In this document: piece after piece, positions 8,808 through 23,543 of the stretch | Layout: every line of letters starts with the position of its first letter | Numbering within the stretch: the first letter of the stretch is position 1 | From: Desulfobacterales bacterium | GTDB lineage: Bacteria > Desulfobacterota > Desulfobacteria > Desulfobacterales > SpSt-501 | Assembly (NCBI GenBank): GCA_046496215.1 | Contig: JAWOHH010000040.1 | Location: 27,493-91,492, forward strand | Length of the DNA: 64,000 bases | Direction: 5' to 3' | The notes under the pieces: generated by a model | Told to the model about the DNA's origin: nothing | Databases searched by the model: none | What the model saw: only the letters and a program-made list of their open reading frames with translations | Made by a program: the position numbers and the translations under genes

Positions 8808-9362
8808 ATGATGCGGACCCACAATCTGGTTGCGATTTTTGTCCTGTCGGTGGTCCTGGTCGGCTGTGCCACGATTCCTCCCGGCCCGAGCGTGGCGGTG
8901 ATGCCGCCCCCGGGGAAATCCTTCGAGGCGTTCCAGTCCGACGACGCGGTGTGCCGGGGGTGGGCGCAGCAGCAGTCCGGCTGGCAGGCGAACGACACCG
9001 TCAACCGTAACACGGCCGACGGGGCGGCCCTCGGCGCCCTGATGGGGGCGGGGTTGGGCCTTGCCATCGGGGCCGCCTCGGGCAACCCGGCCGCGGGTGC
9101 CGCCATCGGGGCTGCGGGGGGTGCCCTGGGCGGTGCCGCCATAGGTTCGGAGCGGGGCGCCGTTGCCGGTTGGGAGGTCCAGCGGCGCTATGACGTGGCC
9201 TACCAGCAGTGCATGTATGCCAAGGGCAACCAGGCCCCTGAATTTTCCCCTCCGCCCCGCCGCGCCCGCACCCTGCTGCCGCCCCCGCCGCCCCCGGTCT
9301 ACTCTCCGGGAGGCTATGCGCCGCTGCGCGCGGGGCCGCCGCCGCCACCTCCGTGGCGCTGA
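8808..9362 (+). CDS. Glycine-zipper outer-membrane lipoprotein
   Basis: Lipobox LVGC after the signal peptide. Gly-zipper GAALGALMGAGLGLAIGAASGNPAAGAAIGAAGGALGGAAIG. Pro-rich tail. GGGGAGGAAG SD. Confidence 0.7.
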   Translation: MMRTHNLVAIFVLSVVLVGCATIPPGPSVAVMPPPGKSFEAFQSDDAVCRGWAQQQSGWQANDTVNRNTADGAALGALMGAGLGLAIGAASGNPAAGAAIGAAGGALGGAAIGSERGAVAGWEVQRRYDVAYQQCMYAKGNQAPEFSPPPRRARTLLPPPPPPVYSPGGYAPLRAGPPPPPPWR

Positions 9363-9597
9363 CCCGGTATCCCTCCACAAACGGCGTCTTTCGGCTCAGG
9401 CCGGCGTTCTCGCTCTTCGCAATCCTCGGCGTAGATGGACTACGCCTCCGGTTGCGAAATCGCTGCGGTCTTGGCCTGAACCGCAATCCACCATTTCTGG
9501 ATGAATACCATTAGACCGGCAGCAAAATATGCTCAAATCGGAACTCTCCCATACAGGCCGCTCCTGTGGGGCTATCCCACCGGCAGGGTGTGTGAGC

Positions 9598-14955
<5,358 letters not shown>

Positions 14956-15126
14956 CGGTGTGGCGATTGATCCTGGTAAATGGTTTCAAATCAGGCGCCA
15001 AAGGTAAGCTCTTGTCACCGGTTGGCAAACTCCGCGGTCCACTTGTTTTTGAGTTGAGAGGTGGTTAAGATGGTTTTGTTTTGAATCAAAACCTGAACTG
15101 CAGGAGACAGCACCTGTGATAGGACG

Positions 15127-16320
15127 ATGAGAACCCTGGCCTTCCTTATATTTTGCCTTCTGGTGCCGGCGTTGCCGGGCTCCGGCCTGTTGCATGCATC
15201 CGAAGAGCTGAAGTTGCCCGCCGAAACGGCCGAGGGCATCGAACATCTTTTGGGCCTGGTGGGACCCGGCAGCCAAAAGAGTTTCCAACCGGAGCGGATC
15301 GACGCGCTGCTCAAATTCATCGACGGACCCAAGCAACCGGGCTCGATCTACACGGCGGAGCCCATCGACGGGTCGGCTTCCGCCTACACCGAGGTGGATG
15401 TCCGCATGCGCCTGGCGGACTTCCTGCAGTACACCTTCAACCCGGCCGTGCCCTGGTTTGCCACGACCCCCTCTTCTTTGCGCTGGGCGTTTTGGAAAAA
15501 AACCGACCCCCCCTGGCAGCGATTGCCGAAAATCTGGGAACTGCTGGGCGCAGCCGAGCAGCCCGTTGTCATCCGCGGCATGGAATCCGTTGAAAACACC
15601 CCGGACCTCTTCTCGGGGGCCTACTACCGCTACGATCTGCATCGCACGCTGATCCTCCTGAACCGATCCGGTCGCAACATTTTGATTTCCCTCTCCAAGC
15701 AGAAGAACCGCTCCGAGGTTGGCCGGAAAGGCTACATCCTCGGCCCGGACGACGATTGGTCCTATTTCTATTCCGGCGAGCCGGGGTTGACCGTCGGCGG
15801 CCTGGGGTGGATGAGTTCCTACATGTACGATTCGGTCGGCATTTCGATCTACGCTGAAACGGCGCCGTCCGGCCCGGCGGTGCGGACCGCCAACATCAAA
15901 TGGGTGCGCGGCGGGTGGTCGAACATCAATGTCATTCAGAACGAGCACATCCACAAGGGGATGCAACGGTTTGCCCAAACCCTCAAGAGCGTTCTGGAAT
16001 CCCCCCGGCTGCCTACCGTCAAGGTTTTGGAGGAATCCGCGGCGCAGATCGCCCGTCTGACCGACGCGGTGCTTCGAGACAAGATCGGGGTTTACCGCGG
16101 GATCCTGCAGGCTCGTGCCGAGCGGCTTCCCGGCGGGGCGCGCAAAAACCTGCCGGATGCCTTTTGGGTCGAGAGCATCTGGGAGGGGATGAGCCGTGAG
16201 GAGATGGAGTCCGCCCTTGTCCTGGAGAGCCTGAAGGCCCACTTGGGGAAAATTCCGCCGGATGAGGTCCGCAAGCTAGTCTACTTTGAAACCCCTCAGC
16301 GCCCACAGCAGGGCGGCTAA
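15127..16320 (+). CDS. Hypothetical secreted protein (397 aa)
   Basis: Signal peptide MRTLAFLIFCLLVPALPGSG. Coding-like composition. No recognised domain. Confidence 0.6.
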   Translation: MRTLAFLIFCLLVPALPGSGLLHASEELKLPAETAEGIEHLLGLVGPGSQKSFQPERIDALLKFIDGPKQPGSIYTAEPIDGSASAYTEVDVRMRLADFLQYTFNPAVPWFATTPSSLRWAFWKKTDPPWQRLPKIWELLGAAEQPVVIRGMESVENTPDLFSGAYYRYDLHRTLILLNRSGRNILISLSKQKNRSEVGRKGYILGPDDDWSYFYSGEPGLTVGGLGWMSSYMYDSVGISIYAETAPSGPAVRTANIKWVRGGWSNINVIQNEHIHKGMQRFAQTLKSVLESPRLPTVKVLEESAAQIARLTDAVLRDKIGVYRGILQARAERLPGGARKNLPDAFWVESIWEGMSREEMESALVLESLKAHLGKIPPDEVRKLVYFETPQRPQQGG

Positions 16321-17484
16321 AGCCAGGGCGGTGAGGGCCGCCGAAGCCAGTCCCGTGCCGGTAATTCCCCACGCGAGCCAGACGGGCCCGCCCATCAGCG
16401 CACCCACCACCCGGCCGGTGCCGGCCGCGGCGTAATAGCCGGCGACCATCGTCGCCCGTGCGTGCGGCAGCAGCTCGGTGGTGACCGACAGCAGCGTGAC
16501 CACGGTCATCTCGAAAATGCAGAATACAAGAAAGAGCGCCGCCAGCGCCGTTGAAACCGTATGCGCCACGGCGGGCAACAGCAGGTAGGTGAGCACGCAC
16601 AGGGCCACGCCGCCGATGGCCATCCGTTTCAGCCCTAGGCGGTCTCCCAGCCCCGCCGTGATGAATTCCCCAAGCAGCTCCGCCGCACCGATCACACTGG
16701 TCCCCACGCCCAACGCCAGTACGCTCAGGTGGAACGCGTCCTCGAACCAGGCCCCGTAAATAACGAACAGGTTGTCCATGGCGGCGTTAAAAAAAAATGC
16801 GCAGAGCGCGACGCCGAGAGCCGGGCGGCTATAGAGCATCGCCGCCAGGAGCCGCCTGAAACTCATTGGGGCGGGGGGCCTGGGATCGGGATGCCTGCCG
16901 GCGGGGATCAGCCGAATCATCAACGCCGTCCCCAGCAGCCCAGAAGCGCTCAGGGAGAAAAACGCCGCCCGCCACCCGGCTTGATCGATCAACAGGGCCA
17001 GGAGCGGGACTCCCAGCAGGGTGCTGCCCGCCCATGCGGTCTCCAGCAGTCCCACCACCCGGCCGCGGCGCCCATAGGGCACCCGTTCACTGATGTAGGC
17101 TTGGACGGCCGGGTCGTAGATGCTTTTGCCGAGCCCGCTTAGAAAATGGGCGATCGCCAGCACCGCAAAAACGGGGAGAAACCCGGCGGCCGCCGTTCCG
17201 GCCGTCAGGGCGGCCATGCCCAGGATCATCATGGCCCGGTACCCGCAGCGGTCCGCCACCGGGCCGAAAATGAGCCCGAGCAGGTTGGTGGCGGAGTTGA
17301 GTGCGATCAAGCCGGTGATGGACGTGAGGGGCACACCCAGCTCGCGGCTAAGGTCCGGTGCAAAGGGATAGATGAATCGGCGGCCGGTGTTGAGAACGGT
17401 GCGGCAGGCGATGGTGGCCGCGATCCGAGGCCCGAGGCGGCCCTCTGTCTCGGGGGGGCTCGGCTGCAAATCGGCGTAAGGCAT
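16276..17484 (-). CDS. MFS transporter
   Basis: About 12 hydrophobic segments and an MFS-type loop (GPVADRCGYR). Start set to ATG 17484 with a GGAGA SD. The 3' end overlaps the convergent gene by 45 nt. Confidence 0.8.
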   Translation of the reverse strand: MPYADLQPSPPETEGRLGPRIAATIACRTVLNTGRRFIYPFAPDLSRELGVPLTSITGLIALNSATNLLGLIFGPVADRCGYRAMMILGMAALTAGTAAAGFLPVFAVLAIAHFLSGLGKSIYDPAVQAYISERVPYGRRGRVVGLLETAWAGSTLLGVPLLALLIDQAGWRAAFFSLSASGLLGTALMIRLIPAGRHPDPRPPAPMSFRRLLAAMLYSRPALGVALCAFFFNAAMDNLFVIYGAWFEDAFHLSVLALGVGTSVIGAAELLGEFITAGLGDRLGLKRMAIGGVALCVLTYLLLPAVAHTVSTALAALFLVFCIFEMTVVTLLSVTTELLPHARATMVAGYYAAAGTGRVVGALMGGPVWLAWGITGTGLASAALTALALAALLWALRGFKVD

Positions 17485-17699
17485 GAGTTTCTCCGGCCCA
17501 ACGCATGGGGCCGCAGCGGATCTAACACAAACGATGGGGCGATACAATCATGGCCGGCATCAGGAGTTGAACCCATGGGCGGGACGCCCGGTACCCCCCC
17601 CACGCTCTGCCCGCCGGGAGAGAGTCTGAAATTGTTGACGCTTTCGCAGCGATGGTTAGCATGAGGCACTTCTAACAAATCAGCCGAAAGGAATTCGAG

Positions 17700-17993
17700 A
17701 TGAAAAAACGGATTTATTTGGCTTTGGCGGCGGCCGTTCTCATTACGGCACTGGGCTGTGCGTCCAAGGGCCGTCACCACGATGCAGACATGCCGGACCC
17801 AAAGCAGTTCAATGCCCATTTCGGGGACATGGACCTAAACGGCAGCGACCTTGTCAGCTGGGAGGAGTTCAAGGCCTATTTTCCCAAAGCGGAGCCCAAA
17901 GTCTTCAAGGCCATCGACCTGAACACGGACGGAGAGATCGACCATGACGAATGGCACAAGTTCAAAGAGGCGCACGGCCTCAAACACCATTAA
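17700..17993 (+). CDS. EF-hand calcium-binding lipoprotein (97 aa)
   Basis: Lipobox ALGC. Two EF loops: DMDLNGSDLVSWEE and DLNTDGEIDHDE. Confidence 0.75.
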   Translation: MKKRIYLALAAAVLITALGCASKGRHHDADMPDPKQFNAHFGDMDLNGSDLVSWEEFKAYFPKAEPKVFKAIDLNTDGEIDHDEWHKFKEAHGLKHH

Positions 17994-18029
17994 AGCGAAG
18001 CCCTGTTGATTTATCAGCCCATTATCACC

Positions 18030-18144
18030 CCGGCGACAAAATACCCCCAAACGCCCTGTCGGTGGGAAAGACCGATGGGGGCCTCGCTCCTGCCGGGCGC
18101 CGCCGGGACGGGCGGGTCCCCATTTGAACATGATTTGCTGCCGG
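18030..18144 (-). repeat. MITE-like palindromic intergenic repeat, copy C (core inverted)
   Basis: 115 nt. Aligns without gaps to copy A (28221-28335) in reverse orientation. Terminal inverted repeats are CCGGCRACAAAA/TTTGYTGCCGG. Confidence 0.8.
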
Positions 18145-18266
18145 TTTAATCGACTCCCACAAGAGGCGGATCCGGCGCCGCCGGTTTTTCAGTCACAGAC
18201 ACTGAAAAGACGGCGCTCGGGCGCTCGATTTTGCCATGATCCCGTCTTTGGGGTATAAAGGGCAAC

Positions 18267-19556
18267 ATGCGCTACCCTCCGATCGACCCAGCCCTTTTCA
18301 TCGAAAACCGCCGAAAAGTGTCCAGACTCTTAAAGCCCGGACACATCGCCGTGCTGAACTCCAGCGACGTGATGCCCAAGAGCGCCGACGGTTCACACCC
18401 TTTTGTCCAGCAGACCGACTTGTTCTATCTGTCGGGTATCGACCAGGAGGAGAGTGCGTTGGTTCTCTTCCCGGACGCTTGGGATGCGAAACACCGCGAG
18501 GTTCTTTTCCTGCGCGAAAGCAGCGAGGAGACCACCCTCTGGGAGGGTGAAACGTATTCCAAAAAAGAGGCCGCGGCGGTTTCCGGAGTGGGGACGGTTT
18601 GCTGGAACGACGAATTCGAGGGCCTGTTTCAGGCCCTGGTGCTCCAGGCCGAGGGGATCTACCTCAACTCCAACGAGCACCCGCGGGCCCGCTCGTTGGT
18701 CGCGACGCGCGACGCGCGCTTCGGCCGTTGGTGCCGCGAAACCTTCCCGCTGCACCGCTACGAGCGTCTGGCGCCGATTCTGCACCGTCTGCGGGCGGTC
18801 AAGTCCCCCCTGGAGGTCGACCTCATCCGGCAGGCGGCCGCCATCACCGGCCGGGCCTTCCGGCGGCTGCTCGGGTTCATCCGGCCGGGGGTGTGGGAAT
18901 TCGAGATCGAAGCCGAGATCTGGCACGAATTTTTGCGCAGCCGCTCACGCGGCCCGGCCTTTCAGACCATCGTGGCCTCGGGCGCCGGCGCCTGCGTGCT
19001 GCACTACGTGAAGAACGACAGACAGGTGCGGGACGGCGAGCTGGTGCTGATCGACTTCGGCGCGGAGTTTGCCAACTATGCCGGCGACCTCACCCGCACC
19101 GTGCCCGCGAGCGGCCGCTTCGGCCCGCGCCAAAAAGATGTCTACAACGCGGTGCTCCGGGTCCAGAAGGCGGCCATCGACTTGCTGCGACCCGGCGGCA
19201 CGCTGGACCGCTGCAACGAGGAGCTCGGCCGGGTGGTGGAACGCGAGCTGATCGGCCTGGGGCTGCTCAACGCCGACGCCGTTCGGGACCAACCCAAGGA
19301 CAAGCCGCTCTACAAGAGGTTTTTCCCACACGGGGTGTCCCATCATCTCGGGCTGGACGTGCACGACGTCGGGGACCGCTACCGCGCCTTCGAGCCCGGC
19401 ATGGTCTTCACCTGCGAGCCGGGGATCTACATCCGCGAGGAGGGCATCGGGGTGCGCATCGAAAACGACATCCTGATCGCTCCCGACGGCCCGGTGGACC
19501 TGACGGCGGATGTCCCGCGGGAGGCGGACGAGATCGAAGCGCTCATGGCGCCCTGA
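18267..19556 (+). CDS. pepP: Xaa-Pro aminopeptidase (M24B, aminopeptidase P family)
   Basis: M24 metal-ligand blocks DFGAEFANYAGDLTR, HGVSHHLGLDVHD, EPGIY and RIENDIL. Confidence 0.9.
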   Translation: MRYPPIDPALFIENRRKVSRLLKPGHIAVLNSSDVMPKSADGSHPFVQQTDLFYLSGIDQEESALVLFPDAWDAKHREVLFLRESSEETTLWEGETYSKKEAAAVSGVGTVCWNDEFEGLFQALVLQAEGIYLNSNEHPRARSLVATRDARFGRWCRETFPLHRYERLAPILHRLRAVKSPLEVDLIRQAAAITGRAFRRLLGFIRPGVWEFEIEAEIWHEFLRSRSRGPAFQTIVASGAGACVLHYVKNDRQVRDGELVLIDFGAEFANYAGDLTRTVPASGRFGPRQKDVYNAVLRVQKAAIDLLRPGGTLDRCNEELGRVVERELIGLGLLNADAVRDQPKDKPLYKRFFPHGVSHHLGLDVHDVGDRYRAFEPGMVFTCEPGIYIREEGIGVRIENDILIAPDGPVDLTADVPREADEIEALMAP

Positions 19557-19736
19557 CGCCGTGTAGGGCACGGGGGGTGCGACGCCCGTCTGCGCGGCGT
19601 GCCGGTCGAAGGGCTCACTCCGCAGGACCGACGGGTATGGCCATCGGCCCCGGCAGGGCGCCATCGGTCGCCGGCCGCGGTCGCGTGGCAACAATTGCAG
19701 AAATCGGCGATTTGCCGGCGAGGAAGCCAGGGACCC

Positions 19737-20843
19737 ATGCACAAGCATCTCGTTCTGGTCGGCGCCGGACATGCGCACATGACGGTGCTCAAAAAGCTGC
19801 GCGCCTTTCTGGATGCCGGGCACCGGGTGACGGTCGTCGGCCCTTCGGAGCTTCACTACTACTCCGGAATGGGGCCCGGCATGCTGTCGGGGATCTACCG
19901 GCCCGATGAAATCCGTTTCCCGGTCAAGGCGATGACCCTCGCCCAGGGGGGGGAGTTTGTCGAGGATCGGGTCGTGCGCGTCGACGGGGCCGCCCGGGTG
20001 CTGGAGCTCGGCCGGGGAGGGCGGCTCTCCTACGACGTGGTCTCCTTCAACACCGGCAGCTCTGTCCCGGTGGACCCGCGCGTTGCAGGGCATTCGGCCG
20101 TTTTCGCCGTCAAACCCATCGAAAACCTGCTGGCAGCTAGGGCCCACACCCTCTCCGCCCTTAGCCGCAAACCCCTCGAGATGGTTGTCGCCGGCGGCGG
20201 ACCGGCAGGAGTTGAAATCGCGGCGAACCTGCGCCGGCTGGTGCAGGATGCCGGCGGCACCGCCTCGATCTTACTCGTGGCGGGCCGGGGGCTTTTGGCG
20301 GAGTTCGAAACGAGGGTGCGCCGGATGGTCCGGAAACGGCTGTCGCGCCTCGACGTCGCGGTGCTCGAGAGCGAATGGCTGGAGAGCGCCCAGGGGGAGC
20401 GCGTGCGGTTGGCCTCGGGCCGGGAGTCGGCCTGCGATCTACTGGTCCTCGCGGTGGGGGTCACGCCGTCGGCCCTCTTCAGGGACTCCGGGCTGCCTGT
20501 CGGCGAAGACGGCGGCCTGCGCGTGAACCGGTTCCTGCAGTCCGTAGGATTTTCGGAGATCTTCGGCGGCGGGGACTGCATCAGCTTTGCGCCCAAGCCG
20601 CTCGCGCGGGTGGGCGTCTACGCGGTGCGGCAGAACCCGGTGCTGTTCGAAAACCTGCACCGTGCTCTGAAAGGTTCGGCCTTGATGGCGTTTAGGCCGC
20701 AGCCCTCCTATCTTCTGGCCTTCAACATGGGGGACGGTACGGCGGTGGTCAGCTGGAAATCGTTTGTCTTCGACGGCCGGCCGGGATTTGCCCTCAAGGA
20801 CTACCTGGACCGCAGCTTCATGCGCCGCTTCCAACCCGGGTGA
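19737..20843 (+). CDS. FAD-dependent pyridine nucleotide-disulfide oxidoreductase family protein
   Basis: N-terminal Rossmann motif HLVLVGAGHAH and a second dinucleotide fold VVAGGGPAGVE. Start at ATG 19737 after AGGAAG. The longest ORF starts at 19599. Confidence 0.75.
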   Translation: MHKHLVLVGAGHAHMTVLKKLRAFLDAGHRVTVVGPSELHYYSGMGPGMLSGIYRPDEIRFPVKAMTLAQGGEFVEDRVVRVDGAARVLELGRGGRLSYDVVSFNTGSSVPVDPRVAGHSAVFAVKPIENLLAARAHTLSALSRKPLEMVVAGGGPAGVEIAANLRRLVQDAGGTASILLVAGRGLLAEFETRVRRMVRKRLSRLDVAVLESEWLESAQGERVRLASGRESACDLLVLAVGVTPSALFRDSGLPVGEDGGLRVNRFLQSVGFSEIFGGGDCISFAPKPLARVGVYAVRQNPVLFENLHRALKGSALMAFRPQPSYLLAFNMGDGTAVVSWKSFVFDGRPGFALKDYLDRSFMRRFQPG

Positions 20844-20919
20844 GGGGCGCCGGCCGCGGGGCTCGCTGTCGTTCCCGAACCCTTTCCCCCTGACCCCTCG
20901 GTTTCAGCCGGCGTGCGGA

Positions 20920-21540
20920 TTACCGCCGTACCGCCTCCACGCCCTTGCCGAACGCCCTGAGATTCACATCCACCCGATCCGGGGGGATGCTGCGAGCGAT
21001 CACGTCGCGGAACCCCTCCCGGTCGAGCGGGAGGTCGCCGATGCCCGCGAGCGCGCCCACCAGCATGACGTTCCCCAGGATGGGGTTGCCGAGCTTCAGC
21101 GCTTCCTCCGTGGCGTCGATGAACCAGCAGGTGCGGGCGAGCCTGTCCATCCACGTGCGCAGCTCGTCCCCGGAGGGGTACTTCTGCTCGCCTCCGATCA
21201 CGCCCACCGAATAGACGGGGCGGGTGTTGACGATCACCTTGACCTCGGGGTTCCCGTATGCCTGGAGGACGCGCAGCGCCTCGGTCGGCTCCAGGGCCAC
21301 CACGACGTGCGCCTTGCCGCTGGGGATCTGCGGGGAGTGGATGGACGCGGTGCTGACCCGCAGGTGGCTCATGACCGAACCACCCCGTTGGGAGGCGCCG
21401 AAGGTTTCGCCGATCGTGACATAATATCCCCGGTCGGTGAGCATGTTGCCGATGAGCCTGGATGCCAGCACGTTTCCCTGGCCGCCCACTCCGGTGATGA
21501 TCAGATTGTAGGGGTCCGCCGCGAGCGCCCGGTTCGGCAT
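20920..21540 (-). CDS. iorB: Indolepyruvate:ferredoxin oxidoreductase subunit beta
   Basis: ITGVGGQGNVLASRLIG is the pyruvate/ketoisovalerate oxidoreductase gamma-type domain. It lies immediately downstream of iorA. Confidence 0.85.
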   Translation of the reverse strand: MPNRALAADPYNLIITGVGGQGNVLASRLIGNMLTDRGYYVTIGETFGASQRGGSVMSHLRVSTASIHSPQIPSGKAHVVVALEPTEALRVLQAYGNPEVKVIVNTRPVYSVGVIGGEQKYPSGDELRTWMDRLARTCWFIDATEEALKLGNPILGNVMLVGALAGIGDLPLDREGFRDVIARSIPPDRVDVNLRAFGKGVEAVRR

Positions 21541-21541
21541 G

Positions 21542-23476
21542 TCATTGCGCCTCCTGTTTCCGGATGGCCCCGGACGGGCAGATGGAGGCGCACACGCCGC
21601 ATCCCGAACAGATCACCTCGTCGATGCGGGCGGTTTTGTTCGCCGCGTCCCACCGGAGCCCCGGGCACTTGAACACCCGGGTGCAAAGCTTGTTGCAGCC
21701 GCAGTTCTCGCCGATGCACACGGATTCGTCCAGGGTCATCGCGAATAATTTTTTCCCTTTTTTCTCCGGGCCGAGCGCGCAGCCCTGCCTGAGGATCAGG
21801 ACGTTGACGCCCTCCTGGCGGAGCAGGGCCAGCACTTTTTGTTGTGTCGCCTCGATGTCGAAGGGGTCGGACTCCGCCACGCGGGCCCCAAGGGCCCTAA
21901 CGATCCGGGCGATATCGAGCGCCGGGGCCGGGTTGCCCGCGGCGTCCGATGTCGAGCCGGGGTGCGGCTGGAAGCCGGTCATGGCGGTCCCCGAATTGTC
22001 CAGGACCACCAGGGTCATGTGCGCCCGGTTGTGGACGGCATTGACCAGGGCGGGGATCACGGCATGGAAAAAGGTCGAATCCCCGCAAACAGAGAGCGGC
22101 GGCTGGTCCATGCCGAACCGTCCGAGCTGGCCGAACCCGCAGGCGATTCCGGCCCCCGAGCCCATGGCGTGCAGGGTTTTCAGGGTTGAAAACCCCGTGG
22201 GCAGAAAACCGAGGGAGTAGCAGCCGATGTCGCCGCAGACGAAACCGTCCCGCCCGTCCATTTCGAGCGCGTTGTGGATGGACCACAGACTCGCCCGGTG
22301 GGGGCAGCCGGCGCAAAAGGCCAGTTCCCGCAGGGGGGCGGCCCGAGCGACGGCCTCGGCCGCGAGCGCGGCATAGGCGGGGGCCACCGGCCGGTAGTCG
22401 ACCGACAGGATCCTGGCCAGGCCGGCGGCCACGAGGTCGGGATTGAGCTCGTTGACCGGCGGGAGCGTGCCGTCGCCGCGGCCGTGGAACTGCTTGGCCC
22501 CGATTCGCCCGGCCATCTCGGCGGCGAGGGTTTTCACGTTGTCCTCGAGAAACGGCAGCACCTCCTCCACCGTGAAAACCACCCGCGCCCTGGAGAGGTG
22601 CGCCTCCATCGTCTTGGGCGGCAGCGGCCAGGTCGTCCCCAGCTTGAGCAGGCCCGCACGTCGCTCCGCGCCGAGCAGTCGGATGGCCTCCTTGGAATAG
22701 AGGTAACAGGCGCTGCTGGTCACGATCAGCACGTCGGGGTGCTCCGGGCCCTCGTAGCGGTTGAAGGGGCACTCCTCGAAAAGCGCGACCGCCTGCCCGA
22801 GCTTCCGCTGCATCTGCAGGTGCCGTTGGGGAACGGGAAGCGGGATCAGGGCCCCCGTGTCCGGATCCGGCAACGGGCTTCTGTGCTCGAAGCGCGCCCG
22901 GGGCGCGTTTCCGGGAAGCGGCCCCAGGGTGACGTTCCCGCTGGCATGGGAGAGCCGGGTGACCGAGCGGATCATGACGAGGTTTTTTATCTTCTCGGAC
23001 AGCTCGAAGGCCCAGAGCGTCATCTCCTTGGCCTCCTGGAAGTCCGCAGGCTCGATCAGCGGAAGTTCGAAGAGCTTGGCAAAGGGGCGGCTCTCGCCCT
23101 CGTTGGCCGAGGAGAGGGCGCCCGGGTCCTCGCAGGAGATCAGGACCATGCCGCCCCGGGTCCCGGTTTCGGAGAGGTGCAGCATGAAATCGGCGGCCAC
23201 GTTGACGCCGGCCTGTTTCATGACGGCCGCCGAGCGCAGTCCGGCAAAGGAGGCCGCCGCGGCCACCTCCATGGCCACTTTCTCGTTGACCGACCATTCG
23301 ACGTAAATGTCCCGCTCCAATGCCGCCCGGGCGAGGTTCTCGATGATTTCCGAAGACGGCGTCCCTGGGTAACCGGCGGCCACCGATGCCCCGGCCTCGA
23401 GGATGCCGCGGGCAAAGGCCTCGTTGCCCTGCATGAGCCGGGTGTCGCCGGGCCGGCCGTCACATATCGTTTGCAT
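21542..23476 (-). CDS. iorA: Indolepyruvate:ferredoxin oxidoreductase subunit alpha
   Basis: TPP-binding GDSTFFH and a C-terminal 4Fe-4S motif CSGCGVCASICP. Start set to ATG 23476 after a GAGGAGG SD. Confidence 0.9.
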   Translation of the reverse strand: MQTICDGRPGDTRLMQGNEAFARGILEAGASVAAGYPGTPSSEIIENLARAALERDIYVEWSVNEKVAMEVAAAASFAGLRSAAVMKQAGVNVAADFMLHLSETGTRGGMVLISCEDPGALSSANEGESRPFAKLFELPLIEPADFQEAKEMTLWAFELSEKIKNLVMIRSVTRLSHASGNVTLGPLPGNAPRARFEHRSPLPDPDTGALIPLPVPQRHLQMQRKLGQAVALFEECPFNRYEGPEHPDVLIVTSSACYLYSKEAIRLLGAERRAGLLKLGTTWPLPPKTMEAHLSRARVVFTVEEVLPFLEDNVKTLAAEMAGRIGAKQFHGRGDGTLPPVNELNPDLVAAGLARILSVDYRPVAPAYAALAAEAVARAAPLRELAFCAGCPHRASLWSIHNALEMDGRDGFVCGDIGCYSLGFLPTGFSTLKTLHAMGSGAGIACGFGQLGRFGMDQPPLSVCGDSTFFHAVIPALVNAVHNRAHMTLVVLDNSGTAMTGFQPHPGSTSDAAGNPAPALDIARIVRALGARVAESDPFDIEATQQKVLALLRQEGVNVLILRQGCALGPEKKGKKLFAMTLDESVCIGENCGCNKLCTRVFKCPGLRWDAANKTARIDEVICSGCGVCASICPSGAIRKQEAQ

Positions 23477-23543
23477 GCACCCTCCTCGCATTCGGGCTCG
23501 GCAGGGGAGGAACCCCGCCGGCCATGAGCCCCGTCGGCCGCTC

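Noticed and set aside
9565-9595. ggggctatcccaccggcagggtgtgtgag resembles the right half of the MITE-like repeat. A second weak fragment (tttgagcatctcttgttgccgg) lies at ~56290-56312.
   Set aside because: The matches are too short and degenerate to call as copies. They are mentioned only as possible decayed remnants.
16276-16320. 45-nt overlap of the convergent 3' ends of the secreted-protein gene and the MFS transporter gene.
   Set aside because: Both ORFs look real. Short convergent overlaps are common in compact high-GC genomes, and there is no sign of a frameshift or fusion.
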